Shown piece after piece: positions 46,871 to 56,636 of a DNA stretch of 64,000 bases (its first letter is position 1; every line of letters starts with the position of its first letter). Position numbers and translations under genes: made by a program. The notes under the pieces were generated by a model that had not been told where the DNA came from, made no database searches, and worked only from the letters and a program-made list of their open reading frames with translations. This DNA is from a virus (lineage: Duplodnaviria; Caudoviricetes). The stretch lies in IMG/VR virus record IMGVR_UViG_3300037991_005043, positions 1-64,000 of that record; one strand, given 5' to 3'.

Positions 46871-48567
46871 TATTCTATCCCCCTTGCTACAAATGCCGCT
46901 TCTCTAATTGCTTCTCTAGCACTAGCAGTAATACTAGCGGCTAAGTCCACATCAGCCCATCCAAACCCTTGATATGCTACGATACCATAGAAAGAAGCCA
47001 TAAGTCTTTTTACCGCCATTTGATTATTATACCACTTTTGATATTCACCAGTATTGTTTTCTCTAGCGTGTTTCATTTTGGCTTTATAGTCATTTCTTAA
47101 TTCTTTTAATTCTAGAACTGCTTTTGGTAAAAGACCTAATTCATCTGTCTTATAGTATAACATATGAGATTGATGATTATCGCTTAACGGTTTTAAATTT
47201 CTAGGGATTAAAATATCTACACCGAATTCTGTAGGTTTTACTGATTTAGTTTCCCATGAGATATTTCTTGCTATCATCATACTAGGATATAGTCCAGCAT
47301 AATCAAATGCCGCTACTCCTAAATGTAATCCGTTAGTTCCTTCATCTAGGGGATTGTAAATCATAGCACCTTCATAATCTTCTCTATCTATATTCTTATT
47401 TCCAGTAGGGGCTTTCCAATAAGCGTTTCTCATAAAGTAGATACTGCCCATATGGGAAGCATAAAAACAAGCATCAAAAGGAGCAATCAGTAATCTTTGT
47501 AATGCTACAATAGCCTCGCTAGTAAAATTCTTTTCATCTAATTCTACTAATAACTTTACATCCACATAAGCATATTCTAGGTATAATTCTGTTTCTTCTA
47601 ACCACGCTCTCTTATAGAACTCATCCATATTATCGAACTTTTGAGTTACTAGTTTTTTATGTCCTAGAACAAGTTCTGAAACATAATCTAAACTCAGAGA
47701 AGGTAGCGTTCCTCTTTGTGAATCATTCCATTGTCTTTCAAATGCTAAATCTAAATTCAAAGTAATTCTACCACTAATAGGTTGAGAGATAGGTGTATAT
47801 CCTCCTTCTTTATACAAATCTTTGGGATTCTTTTTCCTATCAGTCATCCATTGCCCTTCAGATGTAACCCCTCTAACTTTACCCAAAGGAGATAAATCAT
47901 TGGGGTTCAAATCATTGACTATTAATCTTTGAATCAGTTTAGGTAAATCGAACTTCAACCCAAACCACGCAATTAGCATATCGGGATTATCTCTTTGTAA
48001 AACCTTTACAAAATTTCTAAGCATCGCTCTTTCTGTTCCAAAGATATATTGATTTGCTGAATAATCGAATGAAGATAATATTTCTTTGGCTTTATCTTTG
48101 GTAGGAAACCAAACCCACTGATAGTATTCTTTACTGTAATTATCATAGGCTACAATAGTAGTGATAACTTCTTCGCCATCATAAAATTGCCATTCCATAT
48201 CCCAATACCATTTACGCATATCATATTCTACTAACTCAGATAGTGCATCTACACAGTATCTATGATGAAATGTTACATCAGCCTCATATGTTTTAGGAAA
48301 GAACTTAGCATCCTTGATAGATTTTAGGTGTTTTGAGTTTTGATAAAATACTCTAATTAAATCTTCACCTTCTAGATTTTTACTTAGTGTGCTATCATCA
48401 TATTCAAAATCATAGGTTGTCTTGTAATGACTATAAGATTGAGGTCTATTTTCTGAATCTTTCTTAATATAGAAATAAGGTTTGAAAGGCACTATCTCTT
48501 CCTTTCTTTCTCCATTCTCTCTCCATGATTTGTAAATTGATTCTCCGTCATTATCACAGATAATCAT
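46870..48567 (-). CDS. polB: Family B DNA polymerase, N-terminal subunit (exonuclease, motifs A and B)
   Basis: ExoI WDME, ExoII FDL, ExoIII YAYVD, motif A DYAGLYPS, motif B KRLMASFYG. Confidence 0.92.
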   Translation of the reverse strand: MIICDNDGESIYKSWRENGERKEEIVPFKPYFYIKKDSENRPQSYSHYKTTYDFEYDDSTLSKNLEGEDLIRVFYQNSKHLKSIKDAKFFPKTYEADVTFHHRYCVDALSELVEYDMRKWYWDMEWQFYDGEEVITTIVAYDNYSKEYYQWVWFPTKDKAKEILSSFDYSANQYIFGTERAMLRNFVKVLQRDNPDMLIAWFGLKFDLPKLIQRLIVNDLNPNDLSPLGKVRGVTSEGQWMTDRKKNPKDLYKEGGYTPISQPISGRITLNLDLAFERQWNDSQRGTLPSLSLDYVSELVLGHKKLVTQKFDNMDEFYKRAWLEETELYLEYAYVDVKLLVELDEKNFTSEAIVALQRLLIAPFDACFYASHMGSIYFMRNAYWKAPTGNKNIDREDYEGAMIYNPLDEGTNGLHLGVAAFDYAGLYPSMMIARNISWETKSVKPTEFGVDILIPRNLKPLSDNHQSHMLYYKTDELGLLPKAVLELKELRNDYKAKMKHARENNTGEYQKWYNNQMAVKRLMASFYGIVAYQGFGWADVDLAASITASAREAIREAAFVARGIE

Positions 48568-48572
48568 TTTAT

Positions 48573-49325
48573 CTACTCCATTCTAGGTGCTTTCATAATT
48601 ATAGCATCAGCAGAAACTAGAACTAATGGAGAATCATCTTTCAAGAAAATATTGATTGTAGATGATTTATCAAAAGCCACATGTAAGGGTGCAGAAAATG
48701 AAACAGTAGCGGGTTCTCCAATACAAATACTAGGAATAGTTTCTTTGTATTTACCGCCATTATTAATTGCACCGCTACTAACAGTTAGAGATAATTTAGT
48801 TTGTTCTTCTAATTCCTCTGATTCTACATCGAATGTGTAAATGCCAGTTTTTATTATATCACAAGTAGAGATTGCTTCTTCTAATTTAGATGCGTGTAGT
48901 TTTGCTCCAAATTCAAAAGTCCATGAATCGCCTCTCCAACTAGGGAGTGTTTCTAAATCTTGCTGAAATGTAATTCCATTAATCAAAACTTCTGCTTGTT
49001 TGTAAGTTACTTCCTCTATAATAATAGGCATAGTAGCAACTTTCTTTCCACATGTCAAAGATATGCCTCCATCTATTCTTTCAATAGTAACTTCACCTTT
49101 GAATTTTCTAGCAAAGGCTAGAAGTTTCTTTATGCTAACAATAACTGAACCTTCTTGTTCAGCATTAGCATCTATGAATAATTTAACTACACATGTGCTA
49201 TCTCCATTATAGAAATATACTGATTCTGTAGCAACTTCAATTAATAGGTTATCGCCTAAGTTTTTCTTTAGGCTTGCTCTTTCTAAATACGATTTTAAGT
49301 CATCTGCGTCAATTTTAAATCTCAT
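48573..49325 (-). CDS. DNA sliding clamp (PCNA-like)
   Basis: 250 aa; two-domain alpha/beta pattern; adjacent to polB; PIP boxes on partners. Confidence 0.75.
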   Translation of the reverse strand: MRFKIDADDLKSYLERASLKKNLGDNLLIEVATESVYFYNGDSTCVVKLFIDANAEQEGSVIVSIKKLLAFARKFKGEVTIERIDGGISLTCGKKVATMPIIIEEVTYKQAEVLINGITFQQDLETLPSWRGDSWTFEFGAKLHASKLEEAISTCDIIKTGIYTFDVESEELEEQTKLSLTVSSGAINNGGKYKETIPSICIGEPATVSFSAPLHVAFDKSSTINIFLKDDSPLVLVSADAIIMKAPRME

Positions 49326-49334
49326 TTTTATCCC

Positions 49335-50150
49335 TCACAATGTTCCATCTTTTAATTGTGTTAAGCCCTTCCATTGAACTTCTCCGTTCTTAGGAATACT
49401 CAAGAAAGTGAATCTCTTACCAACTAATTCAGTGGAATAATTTGCACTCTTAATGTATGCTGAATATTCTGCACCTTTCATAGTATTGATTAGACTTGTT
49501 CCTACTATAGTATCTAATTTATAATCAAATTTATTCCATACTGGCTGAGGAGGCTCATCTCTAAATGGAGGCTTAACATGCGTAATGTAAATTTGGTCGC
49601 AATCTAATCTCCATGCTTCATCTAATACGGTTCTAAAAGGTTGATTTCTTTGATACCATTCTTGCTGCATAGAAGGCTTAAACGCTCTTATTCTAGCATT
49701 TTCCATTCCTGTCATATATAGTGTGCAAGTATTCAACCATGCATCTACTCCATCCCAAACGAATCTAATATCTTCACCGTTAGAAATTGCTTCTTGTGCT
49801 AGAGCAATAAATGAACGGATATTTCCTTGTGTTGTATATGCATCTTCATTACCGCTTTCATCAAAGGCTACAGGGTTAAACATAACTATTCTATCAGACG
49901 CTTCATAATTTACTTTCCATGTAGGAACTGCTCTACCATCACAATCTAAATAATAAATTGTTTTATCGCAATCCATAGCAAGCCCTGTTTTTCCTGTCTT
50001 TGCTTCCCCTTCAATACCTACTCTCAATCTTTTAGTAGATTGCTTGAATTGAGAATTTTGCTTAGATACCAAATCTCTAATTCTAACTAAATCTACTTCT
50101 GCTTTCTTTTCTTTATTTACTACATTTGTTTTCATATTTTTTAAACTCAT
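49335..50150 (-). CDS. RecA-fold ATPase (RadA/RadB or Sak4-like recombinase)
   Basis: GEAKTGKT, YLDCD, VWDGVD. Confidence 0.75.
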   Translation of the reverse strand: MSLKNMKTNVVNKEKKAEVDLVRIRDLVSKQNSQFKQSTKRLRVGIEGEAKTGKTGLAMDCDKTIYYLDCDGRAVPTWKVNYEASDRIVMFNPVAFDESGNEDAYTTQGNIRSFIALAQEAISNGEDIRFVWDGVDAWLNTCTLYMTGMENARIRAFKPSMQQEWYQRNQPFRTVLDEAWRLDCDQIYITHVKPPFRDEPPQPVWNKFDYKLDTIVGTSLINTMKGAEYSAYIKSANYSTELVGKRFTFLSIPKNGEVQWKGLTQLKDGTL

Positions 50151-50155
50151 TTTAT

Positions 50156-50467
50156 TCACCAATCCTGTTCTGATAGGAAAAATTTACCCTTTCTTTGTTT
50201 TTCTTCATTTAAAGAACCTACACTTTTTTTATTGATTTCTACTTTTTCTCCTTTGAAATCAGTCCAAAGTTTTAGTAATTCCTCTAAACTAGCATAATCC
50301 ATTTTCTCTTGGAATTTGCTTTCTTTTACATGCACAGTAACGAAGTATTTATTCTTATCAAATCTATCGTCAATCCATGTAATAGTATTAATATCACTGA
50401 GGTTAAATATAGCCCCCATGTCATTTCCTTTCTTCTCTCGAAGAACTAATCCTTTTGTAATCTGCAA
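50156..50467 (-). CDS. Hypothetical protein
   Basis: GGTGA RBS before TTG. Confidence 0.6.
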   Translation of the reverse strand: MQITKGLVLREKKGNDMGAIFNLSDINTITWIDDRFDKNKYFVTVHVKESKFQEKMDYASLEELLKLWTDFKGEKVEINKKSVGSLNEEKQRKGKFFLSEQDW

Positions 50468-50609
50468 TTTATCACCTTTATCTGTATAGGGCTTTGCACC
50501 CTTCCGAATGTCTATTTTCTCCTATAGTTCACATCTATACTATTATGGCGCAAAGACTACCACAGTGGATGTGTTGGTAAAGTGGTAGTTGGAGTATGAT
50601 GATTAGTTA

Positions 50610-51842
50610 TCAAAACCAATCAAAATTATCCTCGCTAACTTCTGTTTGTGGAGCAACAGGAGAACCTAGTCTTTCATTTACAAAAAGACCACTTACATTT
50701 ATAGTAACGGGTTCATCGCCATCTTCACTACTTCTCTTAGAAGTTCTTCCAACAACTGTAACAGTAGAACCAATACCAAAGTCTAGATTCATACTAGGAG
50801 GAATCCAGCATGTAGTAGTTAGTTCTTGACCGCTTTCATAATCAATCTCAACATCTAAATCTGTTAGAGTTAGGATTCTATTACCGTTAGCAGTAGGAGT
50901 CATAACCATTTGAGAAACTGTTCCATCAGTAATGATATATCTTTCACTAGATGGTTGAGCCAATCTTTGTATGTGTTCAGTATCTAGAGCACCTAGACTT
51001 ACAATCTTATCACTAAAGAAAGTAGCAGTTAAAGCAAATGGGTCTAGTTCTGTAGTATCTCTATATGCTTCATTACCTTCTAGTTCTGAATTAATTCTTA
51101 GAGAACCTAGAGTCTTTTCAGTCATACCAAACAATCTTTCATTATCTTCATTTCTAATACAAACGAAGTGAACCCAATCAAATGTTTGAGGATTAAATTC
51201 TACACAGAACTTTCTCTTGTAAGAAAATGCATAAGGCTTCATTTGTTCACCATTAATGCTACCAAAGAATACACCACTTCTTCTTAGTTCTTCTTTAGGC
51301 ATAGGTTTTCCAAAATTAGCATTCTTAGCCCCATTCATATATGTAGCATTATCATACAAAGGAATAATTGTCCTACCATCTTCTAGAGTTTCTGCACCTT
51401 CTGGTAGTGAATCTCTAACGATAGTATTTGTTGTTTCACCATCAATACATCTTGTAATAGACCACATTCCATCTTCTTTTTCTACTGCTTCTGCAACTTT
51501 AGTATTCATAACTGCACTAAGAGCATCATTTAGATATGCTTCTTTTGCTTGCTTTCTAGACCAGTTCAAAACATCTCTAGGTTCTTCTAATGATATGAAG
51601 AAACCAAATGCTTGCGATACTAGGTTGTTGCTTCTTTGTTGTGTAGTATTACCGCTTTTCTTAGAACGGACTACTTGCATAACATAACTTCTCCACAGTG
51701 ACAAAGTAATCTTAGAGTAAAGTTCTGCGCCATTATCCGCACAGATTTCACTATACTTTTGTTCTGCTTCTTCTACGCTAATTCCTAATACGGAAGAAGC
51801 GTTTTTTACTTCATTTTCAATTTGTTCTTGCATTTTTTTCAT
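50610..51842 (-). CDS. OB-fold single-stranded DNA-binding protein (RPA/SSB-like)
   Basis: C-terminal OB fold (GTV..M....G.RI.L.D...GS.V.VVGR); acidic/aromatic tail SEDNFDWF. Confidence 0.7.
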   Translation of the reverse strand: MKKMQEQIENEVKNASSVLGISVEEAEQKYSEICADNGAELYSKITLSLWRSYVMQVVRSKKSGNTTQQRSNNLVSQAFGFFISLEEPRDVLNWSRKQAKEAYLNDALSAVMNTKVAEAVEKEDGMWSITRCIDGETTNTIVRDSLPEGAETLEDGRTIIPLYDNATYMNGAKNANFGKPMPKEELRRSGVFFGSINGEQMKPYAFSYKRKFCVEFNPQTFDWVHFVCIRNEDNERLFGMTEKTLGSLRINSELEGNEAYRDTTELDPFALTATFFSDKIVSLGALDTEHIQRLAQPSSERYIITDGTVSQMVMTPTANGNRILTLTDLDVEIDYESGQELTTTCWIPPSMNLDFGIGSTVTVVGRTSKRSSEDGDEPVTINVSGLFVNERLGSPVAPQTEVSEDNFDWF

Positions 51843-51861
51843 CTCCTATTGTTTTATTTTT

Positions 51862-52776
51862 TTATGTTAGATTTCCTACCATCCACGAAAGTATTACCTT
51901 TGGTGTCATAGTATTGGAACGCCATTCTGTTTCTCCGATAACCTTTAGAAATTTGAATTTCAAGGCGTTATCCATTCCTTGAGAATTCACAACTACATCA
52001 TGTAGCCCTAGACATATCTCTTTTACAGTAAATCCTTTATAGACCATATTATGAATATAGTCTAAAACCTCACCATCCTTCTCTAATAGCATATTTACCG
52101 CCTTTGCATAGTCGTCTAAGTTTGTTTCAATTTGTTTCACCAACGAGTTGCCACTTGACTTAGTGGCTTGCAATTCCGTTATGGCTCTACGAATATCACC
52201 ATTTATTGAGTATATAAACCTGCGAAGGTCATCCAAATCAATTTTGCTCACTAGCCCCTCTTTTTCAATAATTTCAAGCATCATGTCGAGGATAACTTTG
52301 TCCTGCAAAAGATTGAACCTATAATTAGCACATCTACTTTGTAATGGATGAATTATCTTATGTTTATCATTACAGGTAATTATGAATCTAATATTATTAG
52401 AATATCTCTCCATAATTCTTTTCAAAGCATTTTGGGCATCTTTAGTCATACCATCCATTTCATCTAAAAGCATTATCTTAAATGGTACATCTCCCATAGT
52501 TACTGTTCTAGCAATCTCTTTGATTTTATCTCTAACAGTTTCCAATTTTCTGTCATCACTAGCATTTACTTCAAAGAAATTATCCTTGAAGAATTTCTTT
52601 AGAATATCTCTTGCTAATGCAATACTGGCAGTAGTCTTACCTGTTCCTGCTACTCCGCTAATTAGAACATTAGGCATATTCATTTCTGCTACCCATGTCT
52701 GAGCATCTAATACAAAATGCTCTTGTCCTACAATTTCACTTAGAGTAGTTGGTCTATATTTTTCAGTCCATAACAT
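51862..52776 (-). CDS. rfcS: Replication factor C small subunit
   Basis: WTEKYRP, G..GTGKT, NASDDR, LDEMD, AQNAL.R.ME, SRC. Confidence 0.95.
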   Translation of the reverse strand: MLWTEKYRPTTLSEIVGQEHFVLDAQTWVAEMNMPNVLISGVAGTGKTTASIALARDILKKFFKDNFFEVNASDDRKLETVRDKIKEIARTVTMGDVPFKIMLLDEMDGMTKDAQNALKRIMERYSNNIRFIITCNDKHKIIHPLQSRCANYRFNLLQDKVILDMMLEIIEKEGLVSKIDLDDLRRFIYSINGDIRRAITELQATKSSGNSLVKQIETNLDDYAKAVNMLLEKDGEVLDYIHNMVYKGFTVKEICLGLHDVVVNSQGMDNALKFKFLKVIGETEWRSNTMTPKVILSWMVGNLT

Positions 52777-53000
52777 TATAGCACCCCCAATTTTTTTCTT
52801 AGTGCTTCTTTTAAGTCATGGATAACTTGACTTAGCCAACCATGAGGTTCACTAATATTGAATCTGCCTATCTCATCTAATAATTCTTGAATATAGAAGT
52901 CTGCCTTTTCTGCTTTTTCTATTAACGCTTCTAAATTTCCTGCTTGTTCTGCTTTTTCTGCGAGTTCTTCACTTTTTTGTTTTATATTTCTACTTTTCAT
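52776..53000 (-). CDS. Hypothetical protein
   Basis: GGAGG RBS; 74 aa. Confidence 0.65.
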   Translation of the reverse strand: MKSRNIKQKSEELAEKAEQAGNLEALIEKAEKADFYIQELLDEIGRFNISEPHGWLSQVIHDLKEALRKKLGVL

Positions 53001-53118
53001 TTTTATTCCTCCAAATCAATCTTTAAATTAATTAACTCGTTAAATGCCGTTGATGGTGATTTCTTTACTTCATAAAGGTAGATTATATGAGTAAGTCTTG
53101 CTATTATCTCTTTTTTCT

Positions 53119-53493
53119 TCATTTTTCTGCCTCCATTTTTTTTCTATATCTTTCACAGGCATTTTCTCTTTGTGTGTGTCTTTCGACTGTTTGTTTGTTT
53201 GAAGAATTATACCCACAGTTATTACAAAACCAAGAACCATGATAGAAGGACATGGTTTTATCTTCTTCTTCTAAAATAACATTATCTTTTATTTTCCATT
53301 CTGTTTTTTTGACAGTAACATTAACCTTTTCAAAAGTCTTTGAAAATCTACCCCTTAGCATCTGAGCAAGCGAATTAATGCTTCTAGGATGTCTTTTGTA
53401 ATTATCATTTTTTAGTCTTTCAAAAATAGCACTGGCTGGTAATGAACCTTCTTTCTTTAGTATTCTAATTATTCTTTTTTCATATTGTGTCAT
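53119..53493 (-). CDS. Winged-helix plus C2H2-like Zn-finger protein
   Basis: IIRILKKEGSL.A..IF.RL...INSLAQML; CNNC...H....C. Confidence 0.65.
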   Translation of the reverse strand: MTQYEKRIIRILKKEGSLPASAIFERLKNDNYKRHPRSINSLAQMLRGRFSKTFEKVNVTVKKTEWKIKDNVILEEEDKTMSFYHGSWFCNNCGYNSSNKQTVERHTQRENACERYRKKMEAEK

Positions 53494-53502
53494 TGTATCA
53501 TC

Positions 53503-54363
53503 TCACATAAAATCATTTAGTGTTGTTTTCTTCATTTCTTTTTTCTTCTTTATTTTAATTTTCTTTTTCTTCTTCTCAATACCCAATAATCTACAATGAG
53601 TATTGTTAAGTTTCTTTCTAGCATAATCATGAAACTCCTCATCTTTCAAGAATTGACTAAGTATCTTCTCGTTAGGCAATCCTAGTTTTCTTAGAATGTA
53701 GGGCATCTCGCTTTTCTTTTTCCATTTAGGCATATTCATTCTACCGAAATATTTTCCATCATGTGCATATGCTAACATCTCATAGAAGTATTTCTTATCC
53801 CATCTTCTCTTAACATAAGCATCCACAAATATCAATTTATTTACATGAATATTTTCAACTAGATAGTTTAGGAATGTAACTTCATTGGGTTGGTTTATCT
53901 CAAGTGCCTCTCTAACTTTATCTCTATTAGATGTCTTTAGGTAATGAGATACCAACTCAAAATTTGACATATGGATAGAATGCGGTTCTTCACATCTAGG
54001 TGCTATTGCTTTAATAGAATCCTGTAAGTGTTTTTTACTACCTGCAAGTTTAACTTTACACATAGGAACAATACCATTAGGGATTGATTTTTTATCATTA
54101 GAAGTAAGAACTACTTTTCCTTTGTAGTTCCTAATGATATTCAAAACTTTATCTTTATCTGCCTTGTAATGTAATTCTTCTATTAGTATGCCCCTATCTC
54201 TAGGCACAGAATAAATATCTAAACTACTAGGTATTTCATCTGCATAATAAATGATGGGATTATCCATCATCCCTAAAGCCATTGTTGTTTTTCCTGTTCC
54301 TGCTTTACCCACTAATAATGTGGCTCTCTCTTTGTTGATTGATGTCAATCCCATTTTTATCAT
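53503..54363 (-). CDS. rfcL: Replication factor C large subunit-like (divergent)
   Basis: GKAGTGKT, LIEE, LTSN; basic tail ending in PIP-like KTTLNDF. Confidence 0.7.
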   Translation of the reverse strand: MIKMGLTSINKERATLLVGKAGTGKTTMALGMMDNPIIYYADEIPSSLDIYSVPRDRGILIEELHYKADKDKVLNIIRNYKGKVVLTSNDKKSIPNGIVPMCKVKLAGSKKHLQDSIKAIAPRCEEPHSIHMSNFELVSHYLKTSNRDKVREALEINQPNEVTFLNYLVENIHVNKLIFVDAYVKRRWDKKYFYEMLAYAHDGKYFGRMNMPKWKKKSEMPYILRKLGLPNEKILSQFLKDEEFHDYARKKLNNTHCRLLGIEKKKKKIKIKKKKEMKKTTLNDFM

Positions 54364-54748
54364 CTCTTGTCATTTTGTCTTTTATTTTTGTAATTTCTTC
54401 AAACCCTTCTAGAGTTAAATGTCGTTTCTGTTTAATTATGTTCATAGCATCTAGAAATAGGCAAAGCCTTCTATCTGCTTCAACTAAGTAATCGGGTATC
54501 ATCTTAAATATAGATTTAAGAGAATCTCTATGTTGAATCCTTAAGTATTCACAACCATTCAAAGTCCAAATAGTTGCCTTAAGATTTTGTTGTTCTATGA
54601 AATCTAGAAGAAAGCCTGTCCTACTTTTACATGGTATTAGATAGAATGCTTCCACTTGATACCCGATTGATATTTTATCTCTCCTTGTAATAGATAAGTG
54701 AGGCGTTCCACCTAATGCTAAACCTACAAATATTTTCTTGTCAATCAT
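54305..54748 (-). CDS. Degenerate single-domain LAGLIDADG-fold protein
   Basis: GYQV..F, and C-terminal K.HLT.EG.EEI..IK.KM typical of LAGLIDADG_1; catalytic motif not intact. Confidence 0.65.
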   Translation of the reverse strand: MIDKKIFVGLALGGTPHLSITRRDKISIGYQVEAFYLIPCKSRTGFLLDFIEQQNLKATIWTLNGCEYLRIQHRDSLKSIFKMIPDYLVEADRRLCLFLDAMNIIKQKRHLTLEGFEEITKIKDKMTRDDKNGIDINQQRESHIISG

Positions 54749-55148
54749 CTAACTCACCATAGTATTCCAAATCGTGAATCTTATAATTCACATCCAAAGC
54801 ATCAAAAAAGATTTTTACCGTTTCCATTATTGTGTGCATATATTCTGCACTACAGTTTTTTGATTTAATAGCCATTGTAGTTATCCCATTAAAATATTGA
54901 TTTGTCTTGTCTTTACCCACTAAGGCAACTACAGACTCCCTATCCACTCTTGAGATAATTGCTTGTAGTGTAGAGTCCTTCGGCATAAACATATTATGAA
55001 ACTCATCAATAACAGATTGTAGGGCATTCAGTTCACTTCTTTTTAATTTAGAGTAAATCTCTAACTTGATAACAAAGAAGTTGCTATCGGCAAAAAAGGT
55101 GCATTCTTCATCCATTAATAGTCCTCCATTTCTTTGAGCGTAGTGCAT
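54741..55148 (-). CDS. Hypothetical protein
   Basis: 135 aa in operon. Confidence 0.65.
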   Translation of the reverse strand: MHYAQRNGGLLMDEECTFFADSNFFVIKLEIYSKLKRSELNALQSVIDEFHNMFMPKDSTLQAIISRVDRESVVALVGKDKTNQYFNGITTMAIKSKNCSAEYMHTIMETVKIFFDALDVNYKIHDLEYYGELDD

Positions 55149-56485
55149 TCGCTTACATACATATCATTCATTATACTAATAAATCTTACATCCCTTAGCG
55201 ATGCTTTGTTATTCTTGTATGCTAAACCGCTAGTTCTTATCTTTACCACAACTCTAGGACTAAAGTAGTATTTGTTATCCTTGAAATCTATGACCTGTTT
55301 TCTAAGAGCATTCTCTAGCGTTAAACGGGCTTCCTTTGACGGCACATCTACAAAGTTCCCTAATCTCTCAAAAGAGCCGTCATTGGGCAAGGAAACATCA
55401 AAGGATTTGAAAGAATTGAACTTTCCAACATTAGAAGAAGTGATTACTGCGAACACTTCTAGGTTGCTAGGGTTATATCTCAAATAATTAGGACTTTTTG
55501 AATTTACCAGATATTTTTCATCAGGAGAACAAAGATAAATTCCCTCATAACCCGAACCAATTGATAAATTATATTCAGATATAAAATCAGATGAATTATA
55601 ATATTCAGCAACATTATCAAACTGTTCTAAATATTGTATTCTTTCAGAAAGAGATTTATTTATTAAAACTTCATTATTTAGATAAAGAATATCATATATA
55701 ACAAAGTTATCTTCTATTTTATTTACCTCGAATATAGCATTCTGAACAAAGGGTTCTGGTAAATTAGAAGATGTAGGATATAACTCAACATCTCCCTTTT
55801 TATTGAACAATGTTATCTTGCTATCCTTTATGTGCATCTGTAAGTAAGGTAAGCCATAGTTTATTCTACAGTAATATCCATCATAATTATCTAACTTCTT
55901 AGACATAGAATATGTCATTGGGGAAACAAAAGAGCCTACGGTAATAGTGCTAGTCGGAATCATTCCCTTATGATAATATTCTATTACATTATTCAAAGAA
56001 GAATAATTACAATGATTCAAAACCTCTTCTCTTTCTTTGTCAAAGCACTTTGCTATTACACTAATCAATAAATCTCTTCTAGGAATATGAGAAGAGTTAC
56101 AACATAGTCTAACTAACCATTTCCTTTCAAGGGCTGACATCTCAAGTAAATATGGTTTGAGGTCTGCTTTCTTCTCAAGAATATTATAGATAGTTGATAG
56201 AGGAAAATCAGTTTCTCCTTCGGCACTCACATCAAGATAATAGATTACATTTCCATAGTCTAGATAATTAGAATATGATTTATCAACTTCTTCTTCAAAA
56301 ATATTGAAGGTATTGGGTATTAGTTTTCTAATATATGCCTCTCTATTATGCCCTCTTCTATTTAATATCTTTAGAAGATAGGGGTCTTTAGAATCCAAAT
56401 AAGTTCGCTTTAGGAGAGTCTTTGTCTTTTGTGGACTTAACTTCTCTATCGCTTCTAAGGCTCGACACATCTTTTTGAACATCAT
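55115..56485 (-). CDS. ATP-dependent DNA ligase homologue with degenerate active site
   Basis: DBD-adenylation-OB layout (SPM.., Q.H..., IYDILY, EG, SLR.VRF); motif I Lys replaced (INYGLPYLQMH); motif IV and V Lys absent. Confidence 0.75.
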   Translation of the reverse strand: MMFKKMCRALEAIEKLSPQKTKTLLKRTYLDSKDPYLLKILNRRGHNREAYIRKLIPNTFNIFEEEVDKSYSNYLDYGNVIYYLDVSAEGETDFPLSTIYNILEKKADLKPYLLEMSALERKWLVRLCCNSSHIPRRDLLISVIAKCFDKEREEVLNHCNYSSLNNVIEYYHKGMIPTSTITVGSFVSPMTYSMSKKLDNYDGYYCRINYGLPYLQMHIKDSKITLFNKKGDVELYPTSSNLPEPFVQNAIFEVNKIEDNFVIYDILYLNNEVLINKSLSERIQYLEQFDNVAEYYNSSDFISEYNLSIGSGYEGIYLCSPDEKYLVNSKSPNYLRYNPSNLEVFAVITSSNVGKFNSFKSFDVSLPNDGSFERLGNFVDVPSKEARLTLENALRKQVIDFKDNKYYFSPRVVVKIRTSGLAYKNNKASLRDVRFISIMNDMYVSECTTLKEMEDY

Positions 56486-56636
56486 CTAATAACAACTCCT
56501 CAAACTTTTTATCTTTATTCAACTTAGTAATTAATTCAAGAATCAATACGGATAATTTATCATGAGAAGGTAGAGATTCTGCTAAATTGTATAATTTTCC
56601 CGCTAAATAGTAGTAATCATTCCTCTTCATCATCAT
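56388..56636 (-). CDS. Hypothetical protein
   Basis: 82 aa; overlaps ligase-like start. Confidence 0.55.
   Translation of the reverse strand: MMMKRNDYYYLAGKLYNLAESLPSHDKLSVLILELITKLNKDKKFEELLLDDVQKDVSSLRSDREVKSTKDKDSPKANLFGF

Noticed and set aside
50488-50502. c-di-GMP (GEMM) riboswitch from the GGGTGCAAAGCCC word
   Set aside because: Only a fragment resembles the motif; the other conserved elements are missing.
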